Shown here: one piece after another, positions 50,530 through 60,451 of the stretch
How the letters are laid out: each line of letters opens with the position of its first letter
How positions within the stretch are numbered: the first letter of the stretch is position 1
Source: Paramoeba atlantica
Lineage: Eukaryota; Protista; Discosea
Direction: 5' to 3'
Assembly: GCA_977017575.1 (NCBI GenBank)
Contig: CDRNVI010000093.1
Span: 29,571 to 93,570 of the forward strand
Length of the DNA: 64,000 nt
Notes under the pieces: generated by a model
Database searches by the model: none
What the model was told of the DNA's origin: nothing
What the model saw: the letters and a program-made list of their open reading frames with translations, nothing else
Translations under genes and position numbers: made by a program

Positions 50530-51981
50530 TTATTGTTCCTTTGTATGCTTCAATATGGCACGAATCATGCTTGACTTTTTCTGTTGACAAGACTTTGGTA
50601 TGCGATGCTTTCTGGCATATTCTTTTAGTTCTTCTACCCAGTAATGGTTCATTAGTTCAAATTCTGAAATACCTCTTCCGATAGGCCGACGCAGGGCAGT
50701 AATCTGTGCTCTCGTCATCTGAGTGGGACAACGTGATAGACGGTCTTTCTGTTGCGTGGAAGAAAGGTGAGGCTTTGAGATTTGGTTATTGGAGTTCTTA
50801 GTTATTTTCCCATTCTCTATTTTCCCTGTTTTATCGTGCCCAGATTCGGTGTATTTAGTTTTTTCTTTGGGCCGTTCGCTTTCTAGCAAAACTTTACCGT
50901 AATTATTTTCATGGGGAGATGGAAGATTCTTTGTTTTCGTTTTTTCACTTTTCGAAACCTTGATTTTTGGGGGTATTTTCGAAGTGGGATCTTCTTCGTT
51001 TGGTACTTCATTTGGTATACTCTTAGTCGCATCTGTGAGCAGGTCCCTTGGAATTTCAACCACGAAGGACACATTTTTCTCTGTGCAAGAAGGTATAGGT
51101 GACTTCGTTTCTCTATTCACGTCTTTGATATTCGGAGTACTTTTCTTAGTCGGTTGTTTTGACGACTTACACTTCGTTGGTGCTGGTCTTTTCGTTTTGG
51201 CACTAATAGTGCGTGGTGACTCTTTTGAGTTGTGCAGGTCATCCTCAGTATGTAGCAATGGCAAAAGATCTGTGTTTCCTGAAAGCGGAAATACTAGCTG
51301 AACTAAAATATTTATCGCATCTTCCCCTAGACCTGCACATGCCTCATCGAGCTCTCGGCCCTTTTCAACTCCAACGGCACTGAGCAATACGGGAAGAATA
51401 GGTTGCGGCAAACCACAAAGCCAGGAATGCAAACCTTCCAACAGAAACTGTGTGAACAGGCAAGAAATTTTCCGCTCCGTAAGACGTAGTGCTCGCGTCA
51501 AGTAGTCTGCTGCAGTCTCCGTGCCGTATTCTGACGTTTCAACCACCTTCTGATCAAGGCCCATAAACAAATTATTTCCTTTCCAAAAGTCCGTCCGTAG
51601 GGTGAATAAAAATTCGGAGGATGTGTAACAAGCGACAGGATCGATATTTGTTTTTGGGTCCTGCTGGAGAGGCGGAAGTACGACTCGACTAATGAGTTCC
51701 TGATAGGCTTCGAACGCACAGTCCAGAACCTGTTCCGAAATCATGTGAAAAAGAAAATTTTTCTTGTCTTCTTTGCTTTCCGGGAAGGCGTTCTCCGATT
51801 TGCTGAGTTCTCTACATTGAGCTAAAATAAAATGTGGAATATCTACTATCTTCGGAGAAATGCACCGGAGAAAGTGAAGAAGACGGTCTTTCGGATTGTT
51901 AAATAAAAACGGCGTTTTTCCCTTCTCCACTGTTTGGGGATGGCCCGTTTTCTGTTGAACTCTAGAGCTCGCAGCAATCAT
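50530..51981 (-). CDS. Hypothetical protein with a Lys-rich linker and C-terminal SAP/HeH-like helix pair
   Basis: 483-aa ORF; the C-terminal VEELKEYARKHRIPKSCQQKKSSMIRAILKH resembles SAP/Rho-N folds. Confidence 0.65.
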   Translation of the reverse strand: MIAASSRVQQKTGHPQTVEKGKTPFLFNNPKDRLLHFLRCISPKIVDIPHFILAQCRELSKSENAFPESKEDKKNFLFHMISEQVLDCAFEAYQELISRVVLPPLQQDPKTNIDPVACYTSSEFLFTLRTDFWKGNNLFMGLDQKVVETSEYGTETAADYLTRALRLTERKISCLFTQFLLEGLHSWLCGLPQPILPVLLSAVGVEKGRELDEACAGLGEDAINILVQLVFPLSGNTDLLPLLHTEDDLHNSKESPRTISAKTKRPAPTKCKSSKQPTKKSTPNIKDVNRETKSPIPSCTEKNVSFVVEIPRDLLTDATKSIPNEVPNEEDPTSKIPPKIKVSKSEKTKTKNLPSPHENNYGKVLLESERPKEKTKYTESGHDKTGKIENGKITKNSNNQISKPHLSSTQQKDRLSRCPTQMTRAQITALRRPIGRGISEFELMNHYWVEELKEYARKHRIPKSCQQKKSSMIRAILKHTKEQ

Positions 51982-52120
51982 AAAAAGAAAATTAAAGCAT
52001 GCAAAAAAGTGTCGCAGAACCTCGCAATGCTAGGAATAATGCGTACATTTATGCTACCTTCATTGTTTAAAATTGTACATGTATCTTTCATCCTTTTTAA
52101 CTCGAAATACTAACACTTTT

Positions 52121-53251
52121 TCAAACCATTCGAGCCGCACGGGCAACCTTTCGCTGCAAGTAACAAAGGCTCCTGTCCATTTTGTATAGCATTCGTTGCA
52201 CGCCATCCACCACATACATTTTTCCTTCTTTTTCGTATGGCCTGTTCTCTGTCCATCTCTCGGAAGCCAGGGAACTTGCCTGTATTTCACTATCGCTGTC
52301 CGTTCCGTACTCCCCGGAGTCACACGCTTCCATCTCCTCCAACAGCACCGAAGGTTTAAACAACGGGTAGTACATCATTTCATCCCCCTGTACATTCGAA
52401 ACGTATTCGCGATTCTCTTCCCCCCGTCCCTCTCTCCCCTGCAACACTTCTCCCCTACAACACTTCTCCCCCTTCTTATCCCCATTCCTTTCCGTCGACA
52501 CGCTTCTATGATCCGAAATCGGAATCCCCCATCCCCCTCGACGTGTTCTTTTCATGGATTTTCCTCTTCTCGATTTAATATCTCCTTCGAGACACGAAAT
52601 GATGTTCTCCTCTCTTCGTTCCCTCTCCCTTCGCCTCCCCCAACATTTAAATCTGTTTGCTATTAATGCATTGGGGAGTTCAATACTCTCTACTTGAGTT
52701 TCTGAAATCCTTTCACATTTATGATGATTCATATTATTACAATTGTGCGTATTATTGTTTTCGATTGTATTATTGTTTTCTATTTTATTCTTGTTTTCTA
52801 GTGTATTATGGTTTTCTATTGTATTAAAATTCTCTATTGTATTGTTGTTTTCTAGTGTATTATGGTTTTCTATTGTATTAAAATTCTCTATTGTATGGTT
52901 GTTTTCTAGTGTATTATGGTTTTCTATTGTATTAAAATTTTCTATTGCATTATTGTTTTCTAGTGTACCCTCCAGCCCGGGGGTTTCGGAATACATCCGC
53001 TGTGCACATGGAGGGTGGAACAGTGCTGAGGTTTGTGTCACACACGAGAGTATCTTTTCCGGGGTTGCGAGTTTCGTCTCCGTGTCTACGGGGAGGTGCT
53101 GAGTTGCTTTTTTCGGGGATGGGGGGAGGCAAACGGTGTGGGGGTGGGACGAGAGGAACCGGATGATGGAGGAAAGGCGTGTGGTGTGGTAGGTGTAGTG
53201 GTCGAGGAGTTGGGTCCATTTTTGGTGCGGGCTGGTAAGGGGGGTGGTCAT
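52121..53251 (-). CDS. Hypothetical low-complexity protein with a tandem ENxNT(I/L) hexapeptide repeat
   Basis: 376-aa ORF on the cluster strand. Confidence 0.6.
   Translation of the reverse strand: MTTPLTSPHQKWTQLLDHYTYHTTRLSSIIRFLSSHPHTVCLPPSPKKATQHLPVDTETKLATPEKILSCVTQTSALFHPPCAQRMYSETPGLEGTLENNNAIENFNTIENHNTLENNHTIENFNTIENHNTLENNNTIENFNTIENHNTLENKNKIENNNTIENNNTHNCNNMNHHKCERISETQVESIELPNALIANRFKCWGRRRERERREENIISCLEGDIKSRRGKSMKRTRRGGWGIPISDHRSVSTERNGDKKGEKCCRGEVLQGREGRGEENREYVSNVQGDEMMYYPLFKPSVLLEEMEACDSGEYGTDSDSEIQASSLASERWTENRPYEKEGKMYVVDGVQRMLYKMDRSLCYLQRKVARAARMV
52748..52966 (-). repeat. Coding 18-bp tandem repeat (about 12 units) with a 54-bp higher-order period
   Basis: Encodes LENNNAIENFNTIENHNTLENNHTIENFNTIENHNTLENNNTIENFNTIENHNTLENKNKIENNNTIENNNT. 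Confidence 0.9.
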
Positions 53252-53420
53252 GATGGTATGTGTGAGGGTTAAGAAATATTTCTAGGGGGTAAGGAGTGTT
53301 TCTAGGAGATGTATTTTTTTGTCAAAAAAGGGTAATCGTAAAACGATGACATGCTTCACATTTCCTTTTACAACTTGGGAGACTTTTCTTGGTCAGAAAT
53401 ATACAGAAAATGCTCATATC

Positions 53421-56330
53421 TCAACTTGAAGTAACCACGTATTCGGTAGAAATAGTTTTCCCCTCCTGATTCATCTTCTCGAAAAAGGTGTCATCTTTGC
53501 CCCAGCTTTCTGCATCACAGGAGCGAAACTCCTTAAGACGATTTCGAACGTCCGATTCCGAAACCCTAGATCTTGTCTCGTAACGCTCGATAAGACTTTT
53601 TTCCTTTGTTCGGATGTGTTCCTCAATTTCAGCGGGATAAAATCTTTCCAGAAGATTAGAAAGCGAATACTCCACATGGGCTAACTTACACCAGTAGCAA
53701 ACAGCGTCACGTAGAGCCATGAGAGAGGGCTCGTGCAGGGGAGACATTTCGAATGAATGTGCTTTCTCGGGAACCGAATTTCCAGAAACTTGTGTTTCGT
53801 TGCTTGTGAGGCCTTGCAGCTCCACATTTCTGCTTGATACGGGAAGAAAGCCCACTTCAGGAAGCGTTAATTCAAAATTTGAATTTCCCGCACTCAGATG
53901 TAAAGCTCCAGAGTCACAGAATTCTGCCGTAGGGTACGAAATATTCGCGACAATGTGAATATTCGACTTTTTATCACTTGGCGCGAAGTTCGGAGTCATA
54001 GGCACGGGAAGTGGACATGTAATGAGCACAGCCCCAGGAACAATATGAGGCGTTGTTAAAAGGTGAAGCGGTTTATTAAATTCGGAACCCGTCGCTTGGC
54101 TTCTATTTTTTAATATGGCTGCGGATTCACATGCATCCCAACCCTTGTGAAACTGTTTGACGTGACGCAAAACAGGATTCGAGAGGTGGCCAAGATAAAG
54201 AAGGAGTAGGACATCTTGAATACAAGCGAGCCGGATATGTCGGAATGAAAAGAAGGAATGACGTGCAAAATGTGTGTCGCTTTCGACTTTGTCAGTATGT
54301 GAACGTCCTCCACAATTTTTCTCCGACAGATCCCAGTATGATGATAGGTAGCGATTGCATGACATGCTGGACGTCGCAAAATAAGCATCGTATTCGATCG
54401 GTTGCTCTACAGTGTGTTCAGATGCTAGTTGCAAACCTGGAACTGAAATTTTGTATTTTTCGAGGAGAGTAATTCCAGAATTTAAAGTATCCTTTTTGCA
54501 GCGTAAGGTACATGTCCAGGAAGGTGGCATAGCTCGAACGGAATCTCCTTCTTCAACAATCTTGATTGATTTCGATCGAGCGGCCGTGTCATTGCAACCG
54601 AAGAATTGTAGGAAGCTCTCACTGATGGAAGGACTCGTAAACTCGGATCTGTTTTCGGACTCATTCGTTTTCTGTACTTCACGTGTATACAGGTACTTTA
54701 TTTGCATTACTCCCAAAAAGGCTCCATCTGTGTCAGTTTCAGTGGGTAAAACATAGTATGCTCCCGGTAACTCTGCTGACATTTTCAGATAAGGTTCCAG
54801 AAGGTTCAGAGCCGTGTAGGAACATTCGTGTAACAAATCTGCAGTCGATACTTCGCAACTGAAACCTGCAAGTGGCATGCCGTTCAACCTTTCTTTGGCT
54901 CGTTCAGTAACGTCGATCAGAACGGACTCATTTTCCTCCCTCAAGAGAGAGCATGTTTGATAATAAATATGAACCACGGCAGATCCATAAACTCGACTTA
55001 AATGTTTAATCAGTGATTCAACGGCAGCAAGCAAAGCTTCCTTCAAGTTTTCAGAAAATGTTTTCAGTTCTGATGAGAACGGGTATTTAATTCCCTCATA
55101 ACTGTTAAAGTTTTCTTGGTAGTCTTTCCTACTCGAATTGTTGGTTCTATTAGAATTCTCTAGCCGAAAATCAAGTTTCCACCTGGGCCTATGTGCGAAG
55201 TTCATTGTGGGCGGAGAAAAGATTGCGATTACACGCTGAGTTTCACGAAATACGCTTCTGTCCCAATCTTCACTATTCTCATGTTCGGATAAGGAACGAA
55301 GTGAATAGTTCACATATCCGTTCTGCCGCATGAACGATTCGACGCGTCGAGCGTTCAACGGATCCTTTGAGGGAGTGCACAAACACACATGTGTTCCCGT
55401 AGTTAACATATCCATATGCCCTGTCTCTATTCTCTCTGTTGAAATCGTAGACGGCATGGATCCCTTCGAAAACCGACCCGGTGCACATAAAGACAGATCA
55501 AACACCAACTCGACGTTTGAAAAATGCAACAAAGAGGTGAGCAACACTGAGCCAATGTTTACCATGTGTAATACCCCTGAGGCAACCATACGCTGCAGCC
55601 AGCGCAACTTTGTTGCGGATTCTAAAACGGGTGAGGCCGGAGTGAGAGCAAACACCGCGCTGTCCGATTGAGCCCCTCGTACGGGCTGAAAATCTGCACA
55701 TTTTTGTAGTTGTGCGAACAGTGCCGCACGAACAAACTTCGGATACGAACTTGAAACAGCAAAAAACACAACCCCCTGTCTTTGTAAAAGAGCGTCCATG
55801 GCCGTAATTTCATACGCAGGAAGCATTCCTCTGCGATGAAGACTTTCCCCAATGGTATTAGGACCGGAGAGAACTTCAGGCTCGACGTGAGACGTGATAT
55901 CATTTTCGTCCGCGTGGTAGTTTTGCGCCGCCTGCAACAGAGATTGGGTTTTTTGACTCGATGAAAGGTTTACAGCTTCGGACAGAGGACTGGCTATACA
56001 CTCACTTAGTACCTCGACGGCGTCCTCCGCACTAACGTCCAGCTTCCCATCCTCGGTGTCCATATAGGCGCTGTCGGGGTCCTCACGGGAAATTGTCAGT
56101 TCGAGGCTCTCGTGTTGGGGTTTCACCAACATGTTTCGAATCCATGATTTCGTGTCGTTTCTTTGGAAAGGTGTTTCGGTGTTAGAAAAGGAAGGCTTTT
56201 TGGATGAAGGGTTAATCCTTGGGAGCTTGCCGTGGGGATAATCTTTCCGCAGTCGCTGCCTTAATTCGATTTTAATGGATTGAGGCAAAGTACCTATGTT
56301 AATACGATGAAAACGGTTCCGTCGAAACAT
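53421..56330 (-). CDS. Large probably mitochondrial protein, possibly a degenerate TruD/PUS7-like fold
   Basis: 969-aa ORF with an MFRRNRFHR presequence. There are weak ordered resemblances to PUS7 blocks (RGAQSDSAV; QNGYVNY; HIYYQT; LPGAYY). The CDS is solid; the family call is tentative. Confidence 0.55.
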   Translation of the reverse strand: MFRRNRFHRINIGTLPQSIKIELRQRLRKDYPHGKLPRINPSSKKPSFSNTETPFQRNDTKSWIRNMLVKPQHESLELTISREDPDSAYMDTEDGKLDVSAEDAVEVLSECIASPLSEAVNLSSSQKTQSLLQAAQNYHADENDITSHVEPEVLSGPNTIGESLHRRGMLPAYEITAMDALLQRQGVVFFAVSSSYPKFVRAALFAQLQKCADFQPVRGAQSDSAVFALTPASPVLESATKLRWLQRMVASGVLHMVNIGSVLLTSLLHFSNVELVFDLSLCAPGRFSKGSMPSTISTERIETGHMDMLTTGTHVCLCTPSKDPLNARRVESFMRQNGYVNYSLRSLSEHENSEDWDRSVFRETQRVIAIFSPPTMNFAHRPRWKLDFRLENSNRTNNSSRKDYQENFNSYEGIKYPFSSELKTFSENLKEALLAAVESLIKHLSRVYGSAVVHIYYQTCSLLREENESVLIDVTERAKERLNGMPLAGFSCEVSTADLLHECSYTALNLLEPYLKMSAELPGAYYVLPTETDTDGAFLGVMQIKYLYTREVQKTNESENRSEFTSPSISESFLQFFGCNDTAARSKSIKIVEEGDSVRAMPPSWTCTLRCKKDTLNSGITLLEKYKISVPGLQLASEHTVEQPIEYDAYFATSSMSCNRYLSSYWDLSEKNCGGRSHTDKVESDTHFARHSFFSFRHIRLACIQDVLLLLYLGHLSNPVLRHVKQFHKGWDACESAAILKNRSQATGSEFNKPLHLLTTPHIVPGAVLITCPLPVPMTPNFAPSDKKSNIHIVANISYPTAEFCDSGALHLSAGNSNFELTLPEVGFLPVSSRNVELQGLTSNETQVSGNSVPEKAHSFEMSPLHEPSLMALRDAVCYWCKLAHVEYSLSNLLERFYPAEIEEHIRTKEKSLIERYETRSRVSESDVRNRLKEFRSCDAESWGKDDTFFEKMNQEGKTISTEYVVTSS

Positions 56331-56708
56331 GAAGGCAATCTTTGCGCTTGCGTAATTAATAGTGTGGTGAAAAGAAAGGATACTGACCAGCGCTCAGTGA
56401 TACGTCATTGAAGAACAGCAACCAAAGATCGATAATCAAGATGAAGTATCAATAGCAAGCAGTATGCATCCTAAGGAGACTCGATAAGGCATTATCTTGA
56501 AAGACTCGTGTACTCATCACACATGAATCTAATAGACCTTTTCAAAAGCACTAAAGCTCTAGAAGGAAAAATGTGGCGTCAAAATATATTACACTGTGCA
56601 GTATTGTACTACAAAATATAATGTATGTTTTCTTTGCAAATAATTGGGGGGAGTATAGAGTAGTATAGAGTCTAGCTTTTTTATCTATATTTCCAACTTT
56701 CCCACTTA

Positions 56709-56759
56709 CTAACCCTTCACCCTTGCTAACCCTTCACCCTTCTTACTCCCCTTAACCCT
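56709..56759. repeat. Telomere-like degenerate repeat cluster (16-bp direct repeat CTAACCCTTCACCCTT x2 plus TTAACCCT)
   Basis: Direct copies at 56709-56724 and 56726-56741; the minus strand has three GGGTTA. Confidence 0.6.
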
Positions 56760-56760
56760 C

Positions 56761-57039
56761 TCATGGTTCCCCTCCCTCACTCCCTACCTCACTGAACAAT
56801 AACTCCCTACCCCAGACCATTCCACATGCGCCCCTATGGTCCCAGACCTCCGCTCCCTCCACGTTAGCAGTATCAGATACTTTAGGTTGCTGTACGAGGG
56901 TGGGAGACGTGAAGGTCGCAAAACGAAAAGACGCCGTCACGCCGAGGGGGAAGAGCGCGGAGAGAGACACTTTTTTCGATGTACGTACGTATTTTTTAGT
57001 GCATGTCGAAGGCAAGATTGATAACATAGAAAGAGACAT
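56761..57039 (-). CDS. Possible small ORF (92 aa)
   Basis: ATG-initiated, on the cluster strand, in an otherwise empty 750-bp gap; no recognisable motif. Confidence 0.3.
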   Translation of the reverse strand: MSLSMLSILPSTCTKKYVRTSKKVSLSALFPLGVTASFRFATFTSPTLVQQPKVSDTANVEGAEVWDHRGACGMVWGRELLFSEVGSEGGEP

Positions 57040-57084
57040 CTAAAAACGATCCGCTTTAAGTCGTAGATAATCTATATCTCTTCA

Positions 57085-58068
57085 TTAGTCCAAGTAGTCG
57101 TTGTACAAAACAACCCTTTTCAAGTTTTTATCGAATACTAAAAGTCCTCCATCAGTTTGTAGTCCGGATACACGAAGAGAATTTTTTTGATGATTCTTCT
57201 CGTCTATAAAGCCCCCCTGTGAGTTCTTTTCTCGCCTACGAGACACAGTAATGGACAGGTCCATGCGCTTTTCATAGTCTTTCAACAACCCCTCGCCACT
57301 CATAAAGTGTGGGTGAATGTCATCTCCATTGTAAATCAAAGCTTCTGAACCCTTTTCGTTATTCTCCAAGGAATGTCTTATTTGAGAAATAAACCGACGA
57401 AGTATTTCGCGGGACACTTTACTAATATACTCGGGGTGTGTTCTTTTGGCATTCTTTCCAGTTATACAACCCACATTGTCGGCGCCATCAAGCAATGAGG
57501 TTGCCAGTCGACCTCCATCGTTTATTTGCGGCGCACTGCTGATGTTTACACCGATGCCTATTAGGTAATATTCCTTGTAAAATTCTATCAAGGTCCCTGC
57601 TACTTTTCTGTCCCCTAACAATACGTCATTCGGCCACTTCAAAGAAATTTTTTTACCTCTGTTTTCTTTTCTTGATTCAAATTTCATTTTGCTCAAAGTA
57701 TCATGAAGACATATGCCAACCAGTGCCCATAACAAAGTGCCATCACGTAGAACTACACTTCCATTCACGCTAGAAGCCCGAACGCCTATCGTTGCGAATA
57801 AATTACCAGGGAACGAATGCCAGACACGTCCAGAGCTACCACGTCCCATTACCTGTGTGTCAGCGGTGCACAATAACGGGCAGATGTGAGTGGAACGCTG
57901 TCGATGGCAAACCGTAGTCCCAGGAGAAGGAAACTTGTTTTCTTCCGTAATAAGACGGCGAATCTCGTCCATCGTGGACCGCACCTCTGAAAAATGGTAA
58001 TGAGATATGAACGACTTTGGCAAAGTGAAGCGACATTTCGAATACGGTTGTATGACACGCGGAATCAT
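57085..58068 (-). CDS. BPL: Biotin--protein ligase (BPL/BirA catalytic domain only)
   Basis: TQVMGRGSSGRVWHSFPGNLFAT and LKWPNDVLLGDRKVAGTLIE..IGIGVN. Confidence 0.92.
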   Translation of the reverse strand: MIPRVIQPYSKCRFTLPKSFISHYHFSEVRSTMDEIRRLITEENKFPSPGTTVCHRQRSTHICPLLCTADTQVMGRGSSGRVWHSFPGNLFATIGVRASSVNGSVVLRDGTLLWALVGICLHDTLSKMKFESRKENRGKKISLKWPNDVLLGDRKVAGTLIEFYKEYYLIGIGVNISSAPQINDGGRLATSLLDGADNVGCITGKNAKRTHPEYISKVSREILRRFISQIRHSLENNEKGSEALIYNGDDIHPHFMSGEGLLKDYEKRMDLSITVSRRREKNSQGGFIDEKNHQKNSLRVSGLQTDGGLLVFDKNLKRVVLYNDYLD

Positions 58069-58466
58069 GCTGGATCTTCAGAAACAGCACCGGACCAACG
58101 ACACAAGTTTGATTACATTGTAGCCTTGATGCTCTCGTTACATTGTGTTTTCTAATGATAAAATGAAAACAGTGCATCAATGCTAACGTAGTTCATTCTA
58201 TTCTATATGTTGGGAAATATATTCCGATGTCCATGGGGGTAAAAAACGCATTCGTACTTGAGCCAATAGCGCGTCAGATAGAAAAATATTCGTAAAACCA
58301 GATGATCATATATCAGATGAAATGTTGCCACACTACATGCGCGTATTGCCAAAAGCTTTGAAAACCAATACATATCAAATGTTATCCATACAAATCAGCC
58401 TCCGTTTCCTTTTCCACGTATCCCCCCTCAACTCCCCCTCCACATTTCACTCTCTCCCTAATCCCC

Positions 58467-60347
58467 CTATCGCCCCCCTCGTCCCTTCAGCGTCTTCACC
58501 CCGGGAAGACCCTTTGCCATCCCCGCCATCCCCTGCTGGGACAGATTCGTGCGTGCCCCTCCACCCCCACCTCGCGCCCCCGGGGACCCTGCCCCAGCCT
58601 CACTCTCTTGGTTTTTAATTGTCTCGTCGATGCTTAAAATCACACACGCCGCCTCGGTGGCACTGTGCAGTGCGTTAATCTTTACAATCTCGGGTTCCCA
58701 CACAAATGTCTCATACGTGTTTACAATATCCCCATTGCTAACATCCACCCCATACCACTTTCCTTCCTTTTGATCCGTATGGTGTCGGTGCCTTAGTTTA
58801 TTTAAAATCATCGCGGCATCATGTCCGGCATTTTCCGCAATCGTATGGGGAATGACCTCCATGGCTTTCGCGAAGCTGTGCACCGCGAGCTGCTGCTTTC
58901 CCTGGATTTCAAATCGAGCATAGTCCCGGAGCTCCTTGGCAATTTCCATATCGATGGCTCCCCCGCCTGCGACAATGGCTTTGTGCTGCAACGCGCGCTT
59001 GACAATCATAATGGCATCGTGCAGGGAACGTTCGGCTTCTTCAATAAATTGTGGCGCACCGCCACGAAGCACAAGGGTGGCGGTTTTTGCCCCATCACAG
59101 CCGGTAAACAGGTTGTAGCGCTCATCCCCGACTTGCTTTTCCTCGAACGCACCACAGGAGCCTAAATGCTCCGGGAGAAGGTCATGGGTGGAGGATTGGA
59201 TTTTGGCATTGGTAGCCACCGCGACTCGGGTCATGTCCTCCGCGCTCACCCGCCCAGCACAAAAGATCCCACGATCCGCAAAGTACTGCGTGGCTAAATC
59301 CCCGATCGGGAGCTTGGAGAGCACAATGTGTGCCCCGCTGTTTACGCAGTTCTCCAGCTTTTCATAGATAATCCGCCACTCCGCATCCACAATCGCTTGG
59401 TACTCCGAGGGGCCCTTAATCCGAACCTCCGCATTATCCTTCTCTGCCTTCAACTCCAGCTCCACATTTAACAACAACACCGTGGGCTTCTCAAACTGTT
59501 TCGGTTGTTGTTCAAACCCCGCATAACTAAACGTCTTTTTAAACGCTACCCCGTTCACCAGAAACGAATCCCGCACCCCTCCACCATGGACTTGTTTGAT
59601 GCCAATCCGATTGATATCTTTGCTCTCCCCTAAACAACACACCGCATTCACGGCCATCTCCGCAAAATAAAACCGCTGGGCGGAGATCAATTTCGAGTTC
59701 AACGCCGTCGCGGCACATTTCACCAACAGTTCATGCAATTTACGATCCTGAGTGATCCCTTTCTTCTCCTCACTTTCCTTCTTATCCGTTTTCTCTTCTG
59801 TTTCCTCTTCTTCACCCATCGCCCCAAACGGCACCGCCCGCGTGCGCACCACCTCCACCGCTTTCTCACACGCCGCGCGGTACGCCGCGACGATCACCCG
59901 GGGGTGGAACCCGTCCTCGAGCAGCAGCCTGGCCTCGCGCAGGAGCTCCCCCGCGAGCACCGCGGTGGTGGTGGTGCCGTCCCCGACCTCCGCGTCCTGC
60001 GCCTGCGCCATCTCCACCAGGCACCGCGCCGCGGGGTGGACCACCTCGAGGCCCGACAGCACCGTCGCCCCGTCGTTGCTGATCACGCAGGGGCCCGAGC
60101 CCGCGCGGAGGAGCTTGTCCATCCCGCACGGCCCCAGGGTGGAGCGCACAAGATCCACGACCGCGAGACAGGCGTGGATGTTGGAGAGGAGCTGGGGCCT
60201 GCCTTGGGAGCAGTCCGTGCCCTCGCGGAGGAGGAGGACTTGGGGTTGCATGGGGGGGAAAAAGAGGTAAAGGAAAAAGAGGAGTGTAGGGCAATGGTTT
60301 TTGGTTTTTCTTCGCAAGAAAGGGTTTCGTACAAACAGTAAAAACAT
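58467..60347 (-). CDS. CCT7: T-complex protein 1 subunit eta; probable start at 60251 (MQPQVLLLREGTD)
   Basis: STLGPCGMDKL, ISNDGAT, QDAEVGDGTTT, KKTFSYAGFEQQPK, ELELKAEKDNAEVRI and GDERYNLFTGC (eta-type). Confidence 0.97.
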   Translation of the reverse strand: MFLLFVRNPFLRRKTKNHCPTLLFFLYLFFPPMQPQVLLLREGTDCSQGRPQLLSNIHACLAVVDLVRSTLGPCGMDKLLRAGSGPCVISNDGATVLSGLEVVHPAARCLVEMAQAQDAEVGDGTTTTAVLAGELLREARLLLEDGFHPRVIVAAYRAACEKAVEVVRTRAVPFGAMGEEEETEEKTDKKESEEKKGITQDRKLHELLVKCAATALNSKLISAQRFYFAEMAVNAVCCLGESKDINRIGIKQVHGGGVRDSFLVNGVAFKKTFSYAGFEQQPKQFEKPTVLLLNVELELKAEKDNAEVRIKGPSEYQAIVDAEWRIIYEKLENCVNSGAHIVLSKLPIGDLATQYFADRGIFCAGRVSAEDMTRVAVATNAKIQSSTHDLLPEHLGSCGAFEEKQVGDERYNLFTGCDGAKTATLVLRGGAPQFIEEAERSLHDAIMIVKRALQHKAIVAGGGAIDMEIAKELRDYARFEIQGKQQLAVHSFAKAMEVIPHTIAENAGHDAAMILNKLRHRHHTDQKEGKWYGVDVSNGDIVNTYETFVWEPEIVKINALHSATEAACVILSIDETIKNQESEAGAGSPGARGGGGGARTNLSQQGMAGMAKGLPGVKTLKGRGGR

Positions 60348-60451
60348 CCCCCCCCCCTCATCCTTTCGAAACGAAGCACTCCAAAGGCTACACCTTTCTT
60401 ATTATTTTTACGCTTACAAAGACCACAACCCCCCCTATTCTCCCCTTTTTC

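Noticed and set aside
57820-57870. Non-canonical GRGSSGR biotin-binding loop as a sign of inactivation
   Set aside because: The GRG core and the KWPND/KxxGxLxE motifs are intact, and variation after GRG is common among BPLs.
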